Source of the DNA: an uncultured delta proteobacterium
Lineage (GTDB): Bacteria; Desulfobacterota; Binatia; UBA9968
DNA length: 57,554 nt
Direction: 5' to 3'
NCBI GenBank assembly: GCA_963816145.1
Contig: CAWFJP010000026.1
Span: 1 to 57,554 of the forward strand
Shown: positions 1 through 8,807 of the stretch, one piece after another
Layout of the letters: each line of letters begins with the position of its first letter
How positions within the stretch are numbered: the first letter of the stretch is position 1
The notes under the pieces: generated by a model
The model's input: only the letters and a program-made list of their open reading frames with translations
Database searches by the model: none
Told to the model about the DNA's origin: nothing
Made by a program: the position numbers and the translations under genes

Positions 1-499
1 GCCGGATCGTCACCGAGTCGGGAGACAGGCCGAGCTTTTTCACGACCGCGCGCGACAGCCGGTCGCTCAAGTCGCCGGCGCGCGCGATCCCTAAAGCTTT
101 GCCCTTGAGATCCTCGGGCCGTCGTACCTCTTTCCGGGTGATCAAAACATAGGGCAGCTTTACCAGCGGCGATGCGACGATTTTGACTTCGATCCCCGCC
201 GCCATGCCGGGAATGATCGCGTCCGAAGCGCAGTAGGTGAACTGCACTTCGTCGGTAGCCAGCGCAGTTAAGTTTTGCGCGCTGCCGCGGATAAAGACAT
301 TCTCTAGTTTGATGCCATACTTATCGAATAGCCCGTTGTCCAGGGCTGTGTAGAGATGGATGAAGCCGCCCGACACGGCGCAGGTAGAGACGCGCATGGA
401 CATAGGCCGCTCACCGGGTTTGGGAAGGTAGGGGTTGGCGCCGGCCAGCGCCGAGGACAGCAACAGGATGACAACGGCTGCGAATAATCTAAACTTCAT
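1..499 (-). CDS. ABC substrate-binding protein, NMT1/THI5/SsuA-like (3' end runs off the window)
   Basis: Manual translation from ATG at 499 gives MKFRLFAAVVILLLSSALAGANPYLPKPGERP...GGFIHLYTALD...SPLVKLPYV...RRPEDLKGK, a close paralog of 547..1575. It is absent from the ORF track because there is no stop in the window. Confidence 0.9.
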   Translation of the reverse strand, partial: MKFRLFAAVVILLLSSALAGANPYLPKPGERPMSMRVSTCAVSGGFIHLYTALDNGLFDKYGIKLENVFIRGSAQNLTALATDEVQFTYCASDAIIPGMAAGIEVKIVASPLVKLPYVLITRKEVRRPEDLKGKALGIARAGDLSDRLSRAVVKKLGLSPDSVTIR

Positions 500-546
500 C
501 GAAAATCGCTCCATTCCGGTGTGTGCGCGACGAATTTACTGCTACT

Positions 547-1575
547 TTATCGCCGATAGTTTTCGTTGCCCCACAGCTCTTTCAGAAATCCACTCTTCTC
601 TAAATTGTTTACAAAACTATTGTCGTAGAGTTCTTCGGGTTTTCTTCTGACGGTGGTGCCGGTGTCGCGGGCGAGCTCCCAGGCTTCGGTGATCGATTTA
701 CCAGGCACGACCATGGTGCGGTCGACGATATCTCGGGCGTACACGTTGTAGGAAGTTTGCAGCGCTTCTTCGTCTTTTACCCGCATGGCTTTGGCGACGG
801 CGGCTTTTGCCTTGTCGGGATTTTTCTCGACGAAATAGACCGCTTCGGCAAGCGCGGCGACCATGCGCTGCACGATCTCCGGGCGCTCGCGCAGCATTTT
901 GTAATTAGTCATCAACGAGCTGTAGATGAACGGGATGTCCAAGTCGATGAGCCGGTAGATCACATTGAAGCCATCGAGTTTGGCGCGGATATCCAACGGC
1001 GGCGTGACCAGAATCGCTTGCACGACGTTGCCGACCATGGCTTGATAGCGCTCCTGCTGACTGCCCCCGATGGGATGGATGGTGACGTCGTCGGTGGTCA
1101 GCCCGAACTTGCGGATCACCTGGCGCGATAACCGCGCGCTCAGGTCGCCCGGCCGGGTGACACCGATGGATTTGCCTTTCAGGTCCTCGGGTCGGCGGAT
1201 GTCTTTCCGCGCCACCATGACGTAGGGGAGTTTGACCAGCGGCGAGGCGATGAATTTGGCATCGACGCCGGCGGCGAGGCCGGGAAGGCTGCCATCGGCG
1301 GCGCCGTAATTGAATTGAGTTTGATCGGCGGCGAGAGCGGCGAGCGCCGGAGACTGGCCGCGGATGTAGATATGTTCCGGCTTGAAGCCATACTTTTCAA
1401 GAATGCCGTAATCCAGCGCCGAGTAGAGATGGATGAAACCACCGGTAACGGCTGAAGTGGCGACGCGCAACGGAATGGGTCGCTCGCCGGACTTGGGTAG
1501 ATAAGGGTTGGCCAGCGCGTTGAGCGCTATCAGTGAGCTGAATAGGAGGATGGTGATTCCCAGTTTCAACTTCAT
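547..1575 (-). CDS. ABC substrate-binding protein, NMT1/THI5/SsuA-like
   Basis: Signal peptide MKLKLGITILLFSSLIALNALA, DLKGKSIGV motif and C-terminal YDNSFVNNLEKSGF. Start moved from 1626 to ATG 1575. Confidence 0.9.
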   Translation of the reverse strand: MKLKLGITILLFSSLIALNALANPYLPKSGERPIPLRVATSAVTGGFIHLYSALDYGILEKYGFKPEHIYIRGQSPALAALAADQTQFNYGAADGSLPGLAAGVDAKFIASPLVKLPYVMVARKDIRRPEDLKGKSIGVTRPGDLSARLSRQVIRKFGLTTDDVTIHPIGGSQQERYQAMVGNVVQAILVTPPLDIRAKLDGFNVIYRLIDLDIPFIYSSLMTNYKMLRERPEIVQRMVAALAEAVYFVEKNPDKAKAAVAKAMRVKDEEALQTSYNVYARDIVDRTMVVPGKSITEAWELARDTGTTVRRKPEELYDNSFVNNLEKSGFLKELWGNENYRR

Positions 1576-1837
1576 AGTGCTGAATGTAAGCGGAACCGCC
1601 CAGGCTTGTAAAGAGCAAAATGGCACGCCTTGACCTGGTGGTTAGCTCTGGCTTATTTAAGCACCAGACGAATGGCGTTGCGTCGTGCGATTTTTCGTTC
1701 GGTTACAGCGAAGACCCGCCGAGGACCAAAATCGCTTTCTGGCAGATCGTTACGGGCTGCGGCAGGCTGTTATCGCCTAATCTGGTGCTCATGATGTAAC
1801 GGATTTTGCTAGGGCGAGAGAAGTACGCGGCAATTGT

Positions 1838-2064
1838 ATCTCTTTCGGGGATGTTTGAATTTCCGCGCAGCTTCGATCTTGCTCAGCGCAGGCTTAAAGC
1901 GAAGAGAAGATTTGTCATGCCGGCGAAGGCCGGCATCCATCTTCGCTTGTGTTGCAAGGCCAATAAAAACCTGGATTCCGGCCTGCGCCGGAATGACGAA
2001 AGGGAGAGTTGACTTACAGTCGATAGATTCGTAACCCGTTGGTTTGAAACCGAGGGTCATTCAG
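1838..2064 (+). repeat. R1 composite repeat copy 1 (two inverted GTCATGCCGGCG.AGGCCGGCATCCA-type REP palindromes, MITE/BIME-like)
   Basis: Aligns by eye over ~200-225 bp with 29676-29903, 48849-49050 and 50278-50481. Confidence 0.9.
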
Positions 2065-2078
2065 CTAAGGAGAAGCAC

Positions 2079-3041
2079 ATGATGGTACGACATGGGCAAT
2101 TGCGGTTAGCGGTACTCGTCGGCACGCTTGCGCTCTGCGCGCTGCCGCCACCGGTTCAGGCGCAGACGCAGAAGATCCGCATTTCGCTGTCGAGCCGGAG
2201 CAACACCAATACGAGCTATTATGTGGCCCAGGCGCGGGGATTTTTCAAAGACGAAGGATTGGAAGTTGAGTTCATTCAAATCAACCCGCGTCTGGGAGCA
2301 CTGGCGGTGCTTAACGGGGACGTGACGTACACGACTTCGTTCGTCAGCACCTTTCGCGGCGTCGTGCAGGGTTTGCCGATGAAGACGGTGTTTATTTTGC
2401 TCAAGAAGGGTACGTACTATTTGATGGTGCGGCCGGAGGTTATCAAGGATGTTCAAGAGCTGAAGGGCAAGAAGCTTGGCGTGACGGCGATCAACGGCGG
2501 CGATCACATCATTGGGCGTGAGCTCCTGCGCATGAAGGGGATCGATCCCAACACGGTGCAAGCGATCGCGGTGGGCGATCCATCGCTGCGCTTTCAGGCG
2601 GTGATGACCGGGATCGTTCAAGCCGTCTCCGTGCCGCCGCCTTACGATGTTCAGTTGCAAGATCATGGCTTGAAAGCGGTCTCGGGTCCGCCGGAGATCG
2701 GCGTGCCGTCCTCCGGGCTGTTTGTCGCTGACCGTCTGATCAAGGAGAATCCGCTGGTCTTGAGAAAGACCATCCGCGCCGCCTTGCGGGCGAATCGCTT
2801 CATCGAAGCCAATCGTGAGGAGACGATTCGGATCATGGCGCAATATGTGCCGCAAAAATTGGATCTGGCCGGGCGTTCCTACGATGTCGAACTCAAAGCC
2901 CTCGCCAAAGACGGCACCATGACCGACGCCGAAATCGACTTTCAAATGGACCGACTGGCGGAAAAGCGCCGACCCCTCGATGAAGTGCGCGATTTTTCGT
3001 TTGCTCGCCAAGCGTTGAAAGAGCTGGAGAGCGCGCGCTAG
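2079..3041 (+). CDS. ABC substrate-binding protein, NMT1/SsuA-like
   Basis: RBS AAGGAG, signal peptide, GFFKDEGLEVE and ELKGKKLGV motifs. Confidence 0.92.
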   Translation: MMVRHGQLRLAVLVGTLALCALPPPVQAQTQKIRISLSSRSNTNTSYYVAQARGFFKDEGLEVEFIQINPRLGALAVLNGDVTYTTSFVSTFRGVVQGLPMKTVFILLKKGTYYLMVRPEVIKDVQELKGKKLGVTAINGGDHIIGRELLRMKGIDPNTVQAIAVGDPSLRFQAVMTGIVQAVSVPPPYDVQLQDHGLKAVSGPPEIGVPSSGLFVADRLIKENPLVLRKTIRAALRANRFIEANREETIRIMAQYVPQKLDLAGRSYDVELKALAKDGTMTDAEIDFQMDRLAEKRRPLDEVRDFSFARQALKELESAR

Positions 3042-3049
3042 CACGCGAT

Positions 3050-3080
3050 ATGGATAATGGAGAATTGACAATGGAGAATG
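3050..3080. repeat. 7-mer tandem tract (AATGGAG/AATTGAC type)
   Basis: ATAATGGAGAATTGACAATGGAGAATG; a similar tract lies at 4053-4086. Confidence 0.7.
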
Positions 3081-4042
3081 ATCGGATCGGGGCTCGCAAC
3101 CTTCTCTCGATATTGTTGATCGTGCTGTTCACGGTTGTCGGCCTCGACGGGAGCGCTTCGGCGCAGACGCAGAAGGTGCGCATCTCGATATCGAGTCGGA
3201 GCAATACCAGCGTGCCGTATTACGTGGCGATGAGCAAAGGATTTTTCCGCGAAGAAGGGATGGATGCGGAGATCATTCAGGCTAATCCTCGCCTGGGGGT
3301 GATGGCGCTGATGAACGGCGACGTGTCGTTCACCGGCACATTTGTCAGCACGGTGCGCGGGATTTTGTCCGGCTTTCCGTTGAAGATCGTGCTCGTCGCG
3401 TTCAAAAAAGGCGTTTATTACCTGATCGCTCATCCGAGCGTGAAAGATGTTCAGGATCTCAAGGGCAAGAAGCTCGGCGTGTCGAGTATCCGCGGTGCGG
3501 ATCATCTGGTCGCCGAGGAACTGCTGCGATCCAAAGGACTCAATCCGGCGCTGATGCAACCGGTGGTGCTGGGTGATACAGCCGTGCGCTTACAATCCGT
3601 TATTACCGGTGCCGTCGAGGTGACGACGCTGTCGCCGCCCCATGATTTGATGGCTCAGAAGGCCGGTGTCAAAGTCCTCGCCGGGCCGCCGGAGATCGGC
3701 ATGCCGGCCTCGGGCATGATTACCTCCGAGCGCTTGATCAAAGAGAATCCAGCATTCGTCCGGCGCGGCGTGCGGGCGATGCTGCGCGCCAACCGGTTTA
3801 TAGACGAGAACCGTGCCGAGACGATCAAGGTGTTGCTCCAATGGGTCAAGCAGACCCCGGAGATCGCCGCGCGCTCCTACGACGTCGAGCTGAAATCTAT
3901 TTTGCGCGACGGCACCATGACCGACGCCGAGATTGAAAGCTTCATCGACAGACTTGGCAATGAGAAAAAACGGTCCATTGACGACGTGCGCGATTTTTCA
4001 TTCGTGCGCCAGGTATGGAAAGAGCTGGAAAGCGGGCGATAG
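3071..4042 (+). CDS. ABC substrate-binding protein, NMT1/SsuA-like (tandem paralog of 2079..3041)
   Basis: Shares ISSRSNT, GPPEIG and DGTMTDAEI with its upstream neighbour. The start is uncertain because it lies in a 7-mer repeat tract. Confidence 0.9.
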   Translation: MENDRIGARNLLSILLIVLFTVVGLDGSASAQTQKVRISISSRSNTSVPYYVAMSKGFFREEGMDAEIIQANPRLGVMALMNGDVSFTGTFVSTVRGILSGFPLKIVLVAFKKGVYYLIAHPSVKDVQDLKGKKLGVSSIRGADHLVAEELLRSKGLNPALMQPVVLGDTAVRLQSVITGAVEVTTLSPPHDLMAQKAGVKVLAGPPEIGMPASGMITSERLIKENPAFVRRGVRAMLRANRFIDENRAETIKVLLQWVKQTPEIAARSYDVELKSILRDGTMTDAEIESFIDRLGNEKKRSIDDVRDFSFVRQVWKELESGR

Positions 4043-4052
4043 CGCGCTTTCC

Positions 4053-4086
4053 AATTGATAATTGAGAATGGAGAATTGAAAATTAT
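4053..4086. repeat. 7-mer tandem tract (AATTGAN/AATGGAG)
   Basis: CAATTGATAATTGAGAATGGAGAATTGAAAATT. Confidence 0.7.
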
Positions 4087-4094
4087 CGGACTGA

Positions 4095-4334
4095 TTAGGA
4101 CGGCCGCACCCTGCTGCTCTGGTCATCCGCGTCAATCTTACGCCGCTGCGACTTCCAGCCGTGCAGGCCCATAGCCAGAAACATCAGGCCGGTGAATAGC
4201 CAGCCGATGGCGACTTTCGATTCGGGATTGGTGAGGATGTCCGGACGGCCCAGAACATCGCAGGCAGTGAAAACCGCGCCGCCGAGAAACGGCAGTGATA
4301 AGATGAGTGCGGTAATCCAGACGAAGGCTTTCAT
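4095..4334 (-). CDS. small hypothetical membrane protein (2 TM)
   Basis: 79 aa with two hydrophobic stretches and a basic C-tail; fills an intergenic gap. Confidence 0.55.
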   Translation of the reverse strand: MKAFVWITALILSLPFLGGAVFTACDVLGRPDILTNPESKVAIGWLFTGLMFLAMGLHGWKSQRRKIDADDQSSRVRPS

Positions 4335-4611
4335 CGGTAGGGTGGCAATTGCCGAAGTCCCGCCAAACTGAAAATCAAGATTGGCGGCCGCTGTCGAACT
4401 GATTGCCTATGATGTTGGCCGCTGTCTTCAGTTCCTCGCGCGATGGTCCGTCCTAGGCATCACGAGATGCCCCGATGATCAGATGCGGCAGCAGGACGAG
4501 CAGGCAAATTTCAATATCACTACCAGCCGGTTAGGTTTTTTTTCTCGATTGCGGCAAGGGCCGATCGTCAAGATTCGGACGGTCATGCATCGGTGCTCAT
4601 AGCGTGGAAAT

Positions 4612-5592
4612 TTATAATGGAATAGATCTTAGAATATCGAGAACGCTCATAGAGTCAAAATCGGGCTTGGTCTTTTTCTTAACGATAACCTGATAGTCCT
4701 GGTGGAGGACGTCAATGTAGTGTCGAAAGACATTCAAAAACGCATCGATCGCCGGCCTTGGTACGAGCGCAGGGGATTGATTTTCGGCCGGGCTTCTTCT
4801 GAGTCCGTAGTCGTCGAAAATAATGATACCGCCGGGTTTGAGGTTGTCCCATACCAGCACAGCGTCGACCAAAACGTCTTTAGCCACGTGAGAACCGTCG
4901 ATATAGACAAAATCAAACTTGTCATTCAGCGTCCTTAGTACAAATTTTGAGTCCCCTTTGAGTTTTATCAGTTTATGGCCTTTCCCCGATGCTTTGACGT
5001 TGTGGTCGAAGGTCGAATCAAAGTCCTCCTCGAAAAGATCAAGACAAGTTATTGTCGAGGCATCGTCAGTGAGAACTTTCGCGAGAAACCAGAGGGCGGA
5101 GCGTCCTTCGTAACTGCCGATTTCTAGAGCGTGGATATTGGGTTTACCGACGAATTCTGCCAAATGCTTCGACCAAATTTGTGCATTCGCACTGACACCA
5201 TCGGTACTAAATTTGTATCGAGATTCAACCGGGAGGGACTCGATGTGCAGTTTCGAGCGGATCTCAAGGGCCGAAGAAGCGACGAAAGCGACCGACATCG
5301 CAAGGATAACGTAGCTTGTCAGGCGCAGTATTAAACTCTGTCGGATTGAAATATGATGCGCGGTCCGCTTCAGCACGATTGCTAGCAACATCAATGCGCC
5401 GGACAAAAGCAGCCCCCGATGAGTTATGGTATGGAGCAACGCCCAATAGGATTCCATACCCCACTGAGTTTGCAGAAAATAGCCGGCCATCACCGAGGTG
5501 ACGGCTAGTCCGCTACTTGACAGCGCTAAGGTGTTCGAAAGCACTTTCTTCTGTTGCTCGTTAACGGTCATTCGTTCTCTCCTACCGGTCAC
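4612..5592 (-). CDS. class I SAM-dependent methyltransferase (Methyltransf_24-like) with N-terminal membrane segments
   Basis: LEIGSYEGRS, FDFVYIDGSH and LKPGGIIIFDDY motifs; about 3 hydrophobic helices N-terminally; visibly lower GC. Confidence 0.85.
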   Translation of the reverse strand: MTGRRERMTVNEQQKKVLSNTLALSSSGLAVTSVMAGYFLQTQWGMESYWALLHTITHRGLLLSGALMLLAIVLKRTAHHISIRQSLILRLTSYVILAMSVAFVASSALEIRSKLHIESLPVESRYKFSTDGVSANAQIWSKHLAEFVGKPNIHALEIGSYEGRSALWFLAKVLTDDASTITCLDLFEEDFDSTFDHNVKASGKGHKLIKLKGDSKFVLRTLNDKFDFVYIDGSHVAKDVLVDAVLVWDNLKPGGIIIFDDYGLRRSPAENQSPALVPRPAIDAFLNVFRHYIDVLHQDYQVIVKKKTKPDFDSMSVLDILRSIPL

Positions 5593-5610
5593 GCTGGATT
5601 ATAGGTCACG

Positions 5611-6681
5611 TCACTGCGAAAGCTTCATCACCCGTTCGATCACCTCTTTCGGCTGGCCCATGACATCGCGCAACTGTGCTTCGACTTCGTCGCCGCTCAG
5701 GAGCTCGAGGTCCATCTTGGCTCGCTTCGCTTCTTCGACGACCATCGGATCTTTGAAGGTTTTTAGGTAAACTTCGCGCAAGAGCTTCACCCGATCGGCA
5801 GGCGTGCCGGGGGTCGTCATCATCGGCCGGCCGACGGTCGCCGACACCAGCAAAACCTTGGCGACGTTGCGCGGCAGCGACGGGGTTTTCTTTTTCTCCA
5901 TGAGTTCCCCGAGGGTCGGCGCATCGGCGATGCGCATGTCTTTCTTCGTGCCGGTCTGGACGATATGGCGGTCGAAACCGCTCTTGTGCCAGGTGAAATA
6001 GGGCTCGCGCGCGAAGTGGGTCGTAATGCCGGTGCCGCGGCAATGAATTTCCCCTTTCTCCAGAGCCAGATCGATCTCCACGCCGCCGGGATAACCGCGC
6101 ACTTCGTGAAACTTGGCGCCGAGGGTGTCGTCCAGAATATTCATCAGGATCGTGGTCAGGTCGGAACTCCCGGTGGCGCCGCACTTGGGCGCTTCCTTGG
6201 CGGCCAGAATATCTTCGACGGACTTCCACGGCGCGTCTGCCTTCATGTAGAGCACCAGATCGCGCTGGTCGACGCTGCCGAGCCAGGCGAATTTTGACAC
6301 GTCGAACATGGCCTCCTTGCGGCCGAGCATCTGGTCGAGGTAGATGCCGCTGCCGGGCATGCCGAGCGTCAGGCCGTCCGGTTTGGCGACGCCGTAAATA
6401 TAGTTGGTCGCGCTGAGCGAGCCCGCGCCGGGCATGTTTTGCACGATGACGGTGGGATTGCCGGGAATATATTTGCCCATATGGCGCGCCAGCAGCCGCG
6501 CGTACTGGTCGTACAGCCCGCCAGACGTGAAGCCGACGATGATGCGGATGGTTTTGTCTTTGTAAAAGGGGACGGGCTGCGCACTCGTTGTCTGCACGTG
6601 TGACAGCATTGGAATGAGCAACGCAACCGCCAATACCAATCGCCGCCACGAGCGGCTGAGAAGTGTTTTCAAACTTGTCAT
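5611..6681 (-). CDS. tripartite tricarboxylate transporter (Bug/TctC-like) substrate-binding protein
   Basis: IVGFTSGGLYDQYARLLARHM, VQNMPGAGS, AKPDGLT, GYPGG and PGTPADRV motifs. Confidence 0.9.
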   Translation of the reverse strand: MTSLKTLLSRSWRRLVLAVALLIPMLSHVQTTSAQPVPFYKDKTIRIIVGFTSGGLYDQYARLLARHMGKYIPGNPTVIVQNMPGAGSLSATNYIYGVAKPDGLTLGMPGSGIYLDQMLGRKEAMFDVSKFAWLGSVDQRDLVLYMKADAPWKSVEDILAAKEAPKCGATGSSDLTTILMNILDDTLGAKFHEVRGYPGGVEIDLALEKGEIHCRGTGITTHFAREPYFTWHKSGFDRHIVQTGTKKDMRIADAPTLGELMEKKKTPSLPRNVAKVLLVSATVGRPMMTTPGTPADRVKLLREVYLKTFKDPMVVEEAKRAKMDLELLSGDEVEAQLRDVMGQPKEVIERVMKLSQ

Positions 6682-6744
6682 GATCTGCCTCCAGGATATG
6701 TTCGCCATTGCTTATACGGTAATTCCTGGATTTGGCGCAATCCC

Positions 6745-6773
6745 TTGACCCTATTTAACCTGCGAATTAACTT
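6745..6773 (+). promoter_or_regulatory. sigma70-like promoter, probably leaderless
   Basis: TTGACC-N17-TAACTT, then 6 nt to ATG 6780; no SD. Confidence 0.55.
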
Positions 6774-6779
6774 CGGCCA

Positions 6780-7484
6780 ATGACTGTTGCTGATCGGCCA
6801 GATGTGGTGACGATTCCCGAGGGCGCGTTTCTGATGGGCTGCGAGGCAGGCCAGGAGAACGAGCGGCCGGTGCATCGCGTGTGGCTGGATCGCTTCGCGT
6901 TGGGCAAGTTTCCCGTGACCAATCGCCAGTACCGGGAATTCCTCGAATCGACCGGCACGGAGCCGCCCCGGTTCTGGTTGGAGCCGATGTTCGCCGATCC
7001 GCGCAAACCGGTGGTCGGCTTGACCTGGTTCGAGGCGGTCGCCTATTGCCGCTGGCTGGAATTGCAGACGGGCGAATCGTTCCGCTTGCCCACCGAAGCT
7101 GAATGGGAACGAGCCGCGCGCGGCGGGCGGGAAGGCACACTTTTCCCCTGGGGCGATGACCTGCCAACCGAAGGGAAAATGATCGGTTGCGATGCGGAAA
7201 ATGGCGGCCCGGCTCCAGTTGGCGCTAACCCGCCCAACGGCTTCGGTCTTTACGACATGAGTGAAGGTGTGCATGAGTGGTGCAGCGATTATTATGAATA
7301 CAATTACTATCGCGACTCTCCCGAGCGGAATCCCCAGGGTGCGGCGTCCGGTGAGCGGCGCGCTTCGCGCGGTGGCTCCTGGCGCCATCAGATCAAGTTC
7401 GCCCGCTGCGCGGCGCGCAGCTCGCTGCCACCGAGCTTCGAATATTCAGATTACGGCTTTCGCGTGGCGGTGACGGTCGGATAA
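6780..7484 (+). CDS. formylglycine-generating enzyme (SUMF1/FGE-sulfatase) domain protein
   Basis: FLMG, PVHRV, PVTN, RLPTEAEWERAARGG, NGFGLYDM, RGGSW and GFR motifs. Confidence 0.92.
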   Translation: MTVADRPDVVTIPEGAFLMGCEAGQENERPVHRVWLDRFALGKFPVTNRQYREFLESTGTEPPRFWLEPMFADPRKPVVGLTWFEAVAYCRWLELQTGESFRLPTEAEWERAARGGREGTLFPWGDDLPTEGKMIGCDAENGGPAPVGANPPNGFGLYDMSEGVHEWCSDYYEYNYYRDSPERNPQGAASGERRASRGGSWRHQIKFARCAARSSLPPSFEYSDYGFRVAVTVG

Positions 7485-7486
7485 GT

Positions 7487-7522
7487 TCGTTCCATAGGTT
7501 CCAGTTGTTCCAATCGTTCCAG
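7487..7522. repeat. 9-mer tandem tract (GTTCCAATC family)
   Basis: GTTCCATAGGTTCCAGTTGTTCCAATCGTTCCAGG between convergent genes. Confidence 0.75.
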
Positions 7523-7533
7523 GTGGCTATCGA

Positions 7534-8496
7534 CTATTTCGCGGTTGCCGGGAGAAATCCGGCGTCGACGAAAGTCTCCCAGGATTTTTTTTCGGGGATC
7601 AAGTTATCCATGGCGAGCAGGCGGATCATTTCGGTCAAACCCACCGGGTCGACTAAGCTTTCGCCGCGATACGAGCGGTTTTCCGGAACCATGAATTTGA
7701 ATGTCCGGGCGGCGACGGTCTCGTCGATCTTCAAGCGCTCCATCATGACGCGCACGGCTTCTTTTTCGTTGGCGGGATCGTTCAACCAGCGCATGGATTG
7801 GCCGATGGCGCGTATAAAGCGCACCAGCACCGGGCGCATTTGAGCCAGCGACTTGTTCGACGCGAAATAGGAACCGTATTGCAGGCTTTTTATTTCGTCG
7901 GAATAATTGAGCAGCACTTTTTTGCCAGCGTCGATGGAGCGAAAGTTGTAGGGCGGCGCTTCGGCGAGAGAGGCGGCGACTTGGCCGGACGCCACGGCTT
8001 GAAATCTTTCCGGACTGCCGCCGATGGATAGAATTGAATAAGCCGAGGGCGGAATGCCTTGGCGCTGCATGACGTCTTTGAAGATCGTCGTGGTGATACT
8101 GGCCACACCGGCGCCGGCGATTTTCTGGCCTTTTAGATCGGCAAGGGATTTGAACTGCGGCTGGCCGATCACTTGATAGGCGTAGCCGTAGGTCGAGGCG
8201 CCGATGATTTTCAACTCTCCGCCGCGCGACGCGGCGATCAGGCCGAAGTGGGTGCCGGATTTTGCTATGTCGACGGTGCCGGCGAGCAGCGCTTTGATCA
8301 CCAGATCGGGCTGCATGTAGGTCGGTTCGAACTCGATGTTTTCCTTGGCGAAGAACCCTTTTGACAAGGCGACGATCTGATCGAGGTCGAAGGCGGTGAT
8401 GTTGGTCGAGCTCATCGTCACCTTGTGGGCGGCGAAAGTCGTCGAGTGAAAAGCGATGGCAGAGGTAACGATAACGATTCGTGTTAAATGGCTCAT
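7534..8496 (-). CDS. ABC substrate-binding protein, NMT1/SsuA-like
   Basis: GFFAKENIE, DLKGQKIA and GGSPERFQAV motifs; paralog of 8808..9777. Confidence 0.9.
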   Translation of the reverse strand: MSHLTRIVIVTSAIAFHSTTFAAHKVTMSSTNITAFDLDQIVALSKGFFAKENIEFEPTYMQPDLVIKALLAGTVDIAKSGTHFGLIAASRGGELKIIGASTYGYAYQVIGQPQFKSLADLKGQKIAGAGVASITTTIFKDVMQRQGIPPSAYSILSIGGSPERFQAVASGQVAASLAEAPPYNFRSIDAGKKVLLNYSDEIKSLQYGSYFASNKSLAQMRPVLVRFIRAIGQSMRWLNDPANEKEAVRVMMERLKIDETVAARTFKFMVPENRSYRGESLVDPVGLTEMIRLLAMDNLIPEKKSWETFVDAGFLPATAK

Positions 8497-8518
8497 TATG
8501 ACTTCTTTAAATTGGGTT

Positions 8519-8793
8519 ATTCACCACGAAGGACACGAAGAGCACGAAGTTAGGAATAATAATTATCCGAGCCCTTCGTGTCCTTCGTGCTTCCTTTGAA
8601 ATAAGGCGCTGTGCGGATAGAGAGCCCTCACCCTTCCCTCTCCCGCACAGCGGGCGAGGGTAAGAAAGTAGACAAAGACGTTCAATGCTCTGCGGCCGAA
8701 AACCCCCTCGCCCATTCCGATGGGAGAGGGTCGGGGTGAGGGCAATTTCATTATCTGTAGACGAGCGTAAGCTCCTGAACACTTCGTGGTGAT
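8519..8793 (+). mobile_element. R2 palindromic repeat (CACCACGAAGGACACGAAG...CTTCGTGGTGA) filled with a 191-bp insert (8591-8781) carrying a CCCTCACCC..CCCTCTCCC REP pair
   Basis: Flanks are nearly identical to the empty copy at 24345-24428; the insert is homologous to 31623-31907. Confidence 0.8.
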
Positions 8794-8807
8794 AAACTCT
8801 GCTCCGC

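Noticed and set aside
1621-1636. sigma54 site TGGCACGCCTTGAC
   Set aside because: The -12 TTGC element is missing at the required spacing.
1806-2060. Small ORFs reading VIPAQAGIQ, HEGHEE, PSPRPSP or LERLER (also 29680, 31665, 34341, 8507)
   Set aside because: They are translations of the repeat elements, not genes.
2106-3071. Long antisense or alternate-frame ORFs (e.g. 2106..3071, 5606..6649, 12591..13550, 36916..37884, 38510..39889, 52511..53623)
   Set aside because: They are shadows of well-supported genes in high-GC DNA and carry no family motifs.
4335-4610. Riboswitch or ncRNA in the intergenic gap with GGCCGCTGTC direct repeats
   Set aside because: Only two 10-bp repeats and no recognisable Rfam motif; an Infernal search would be needed.
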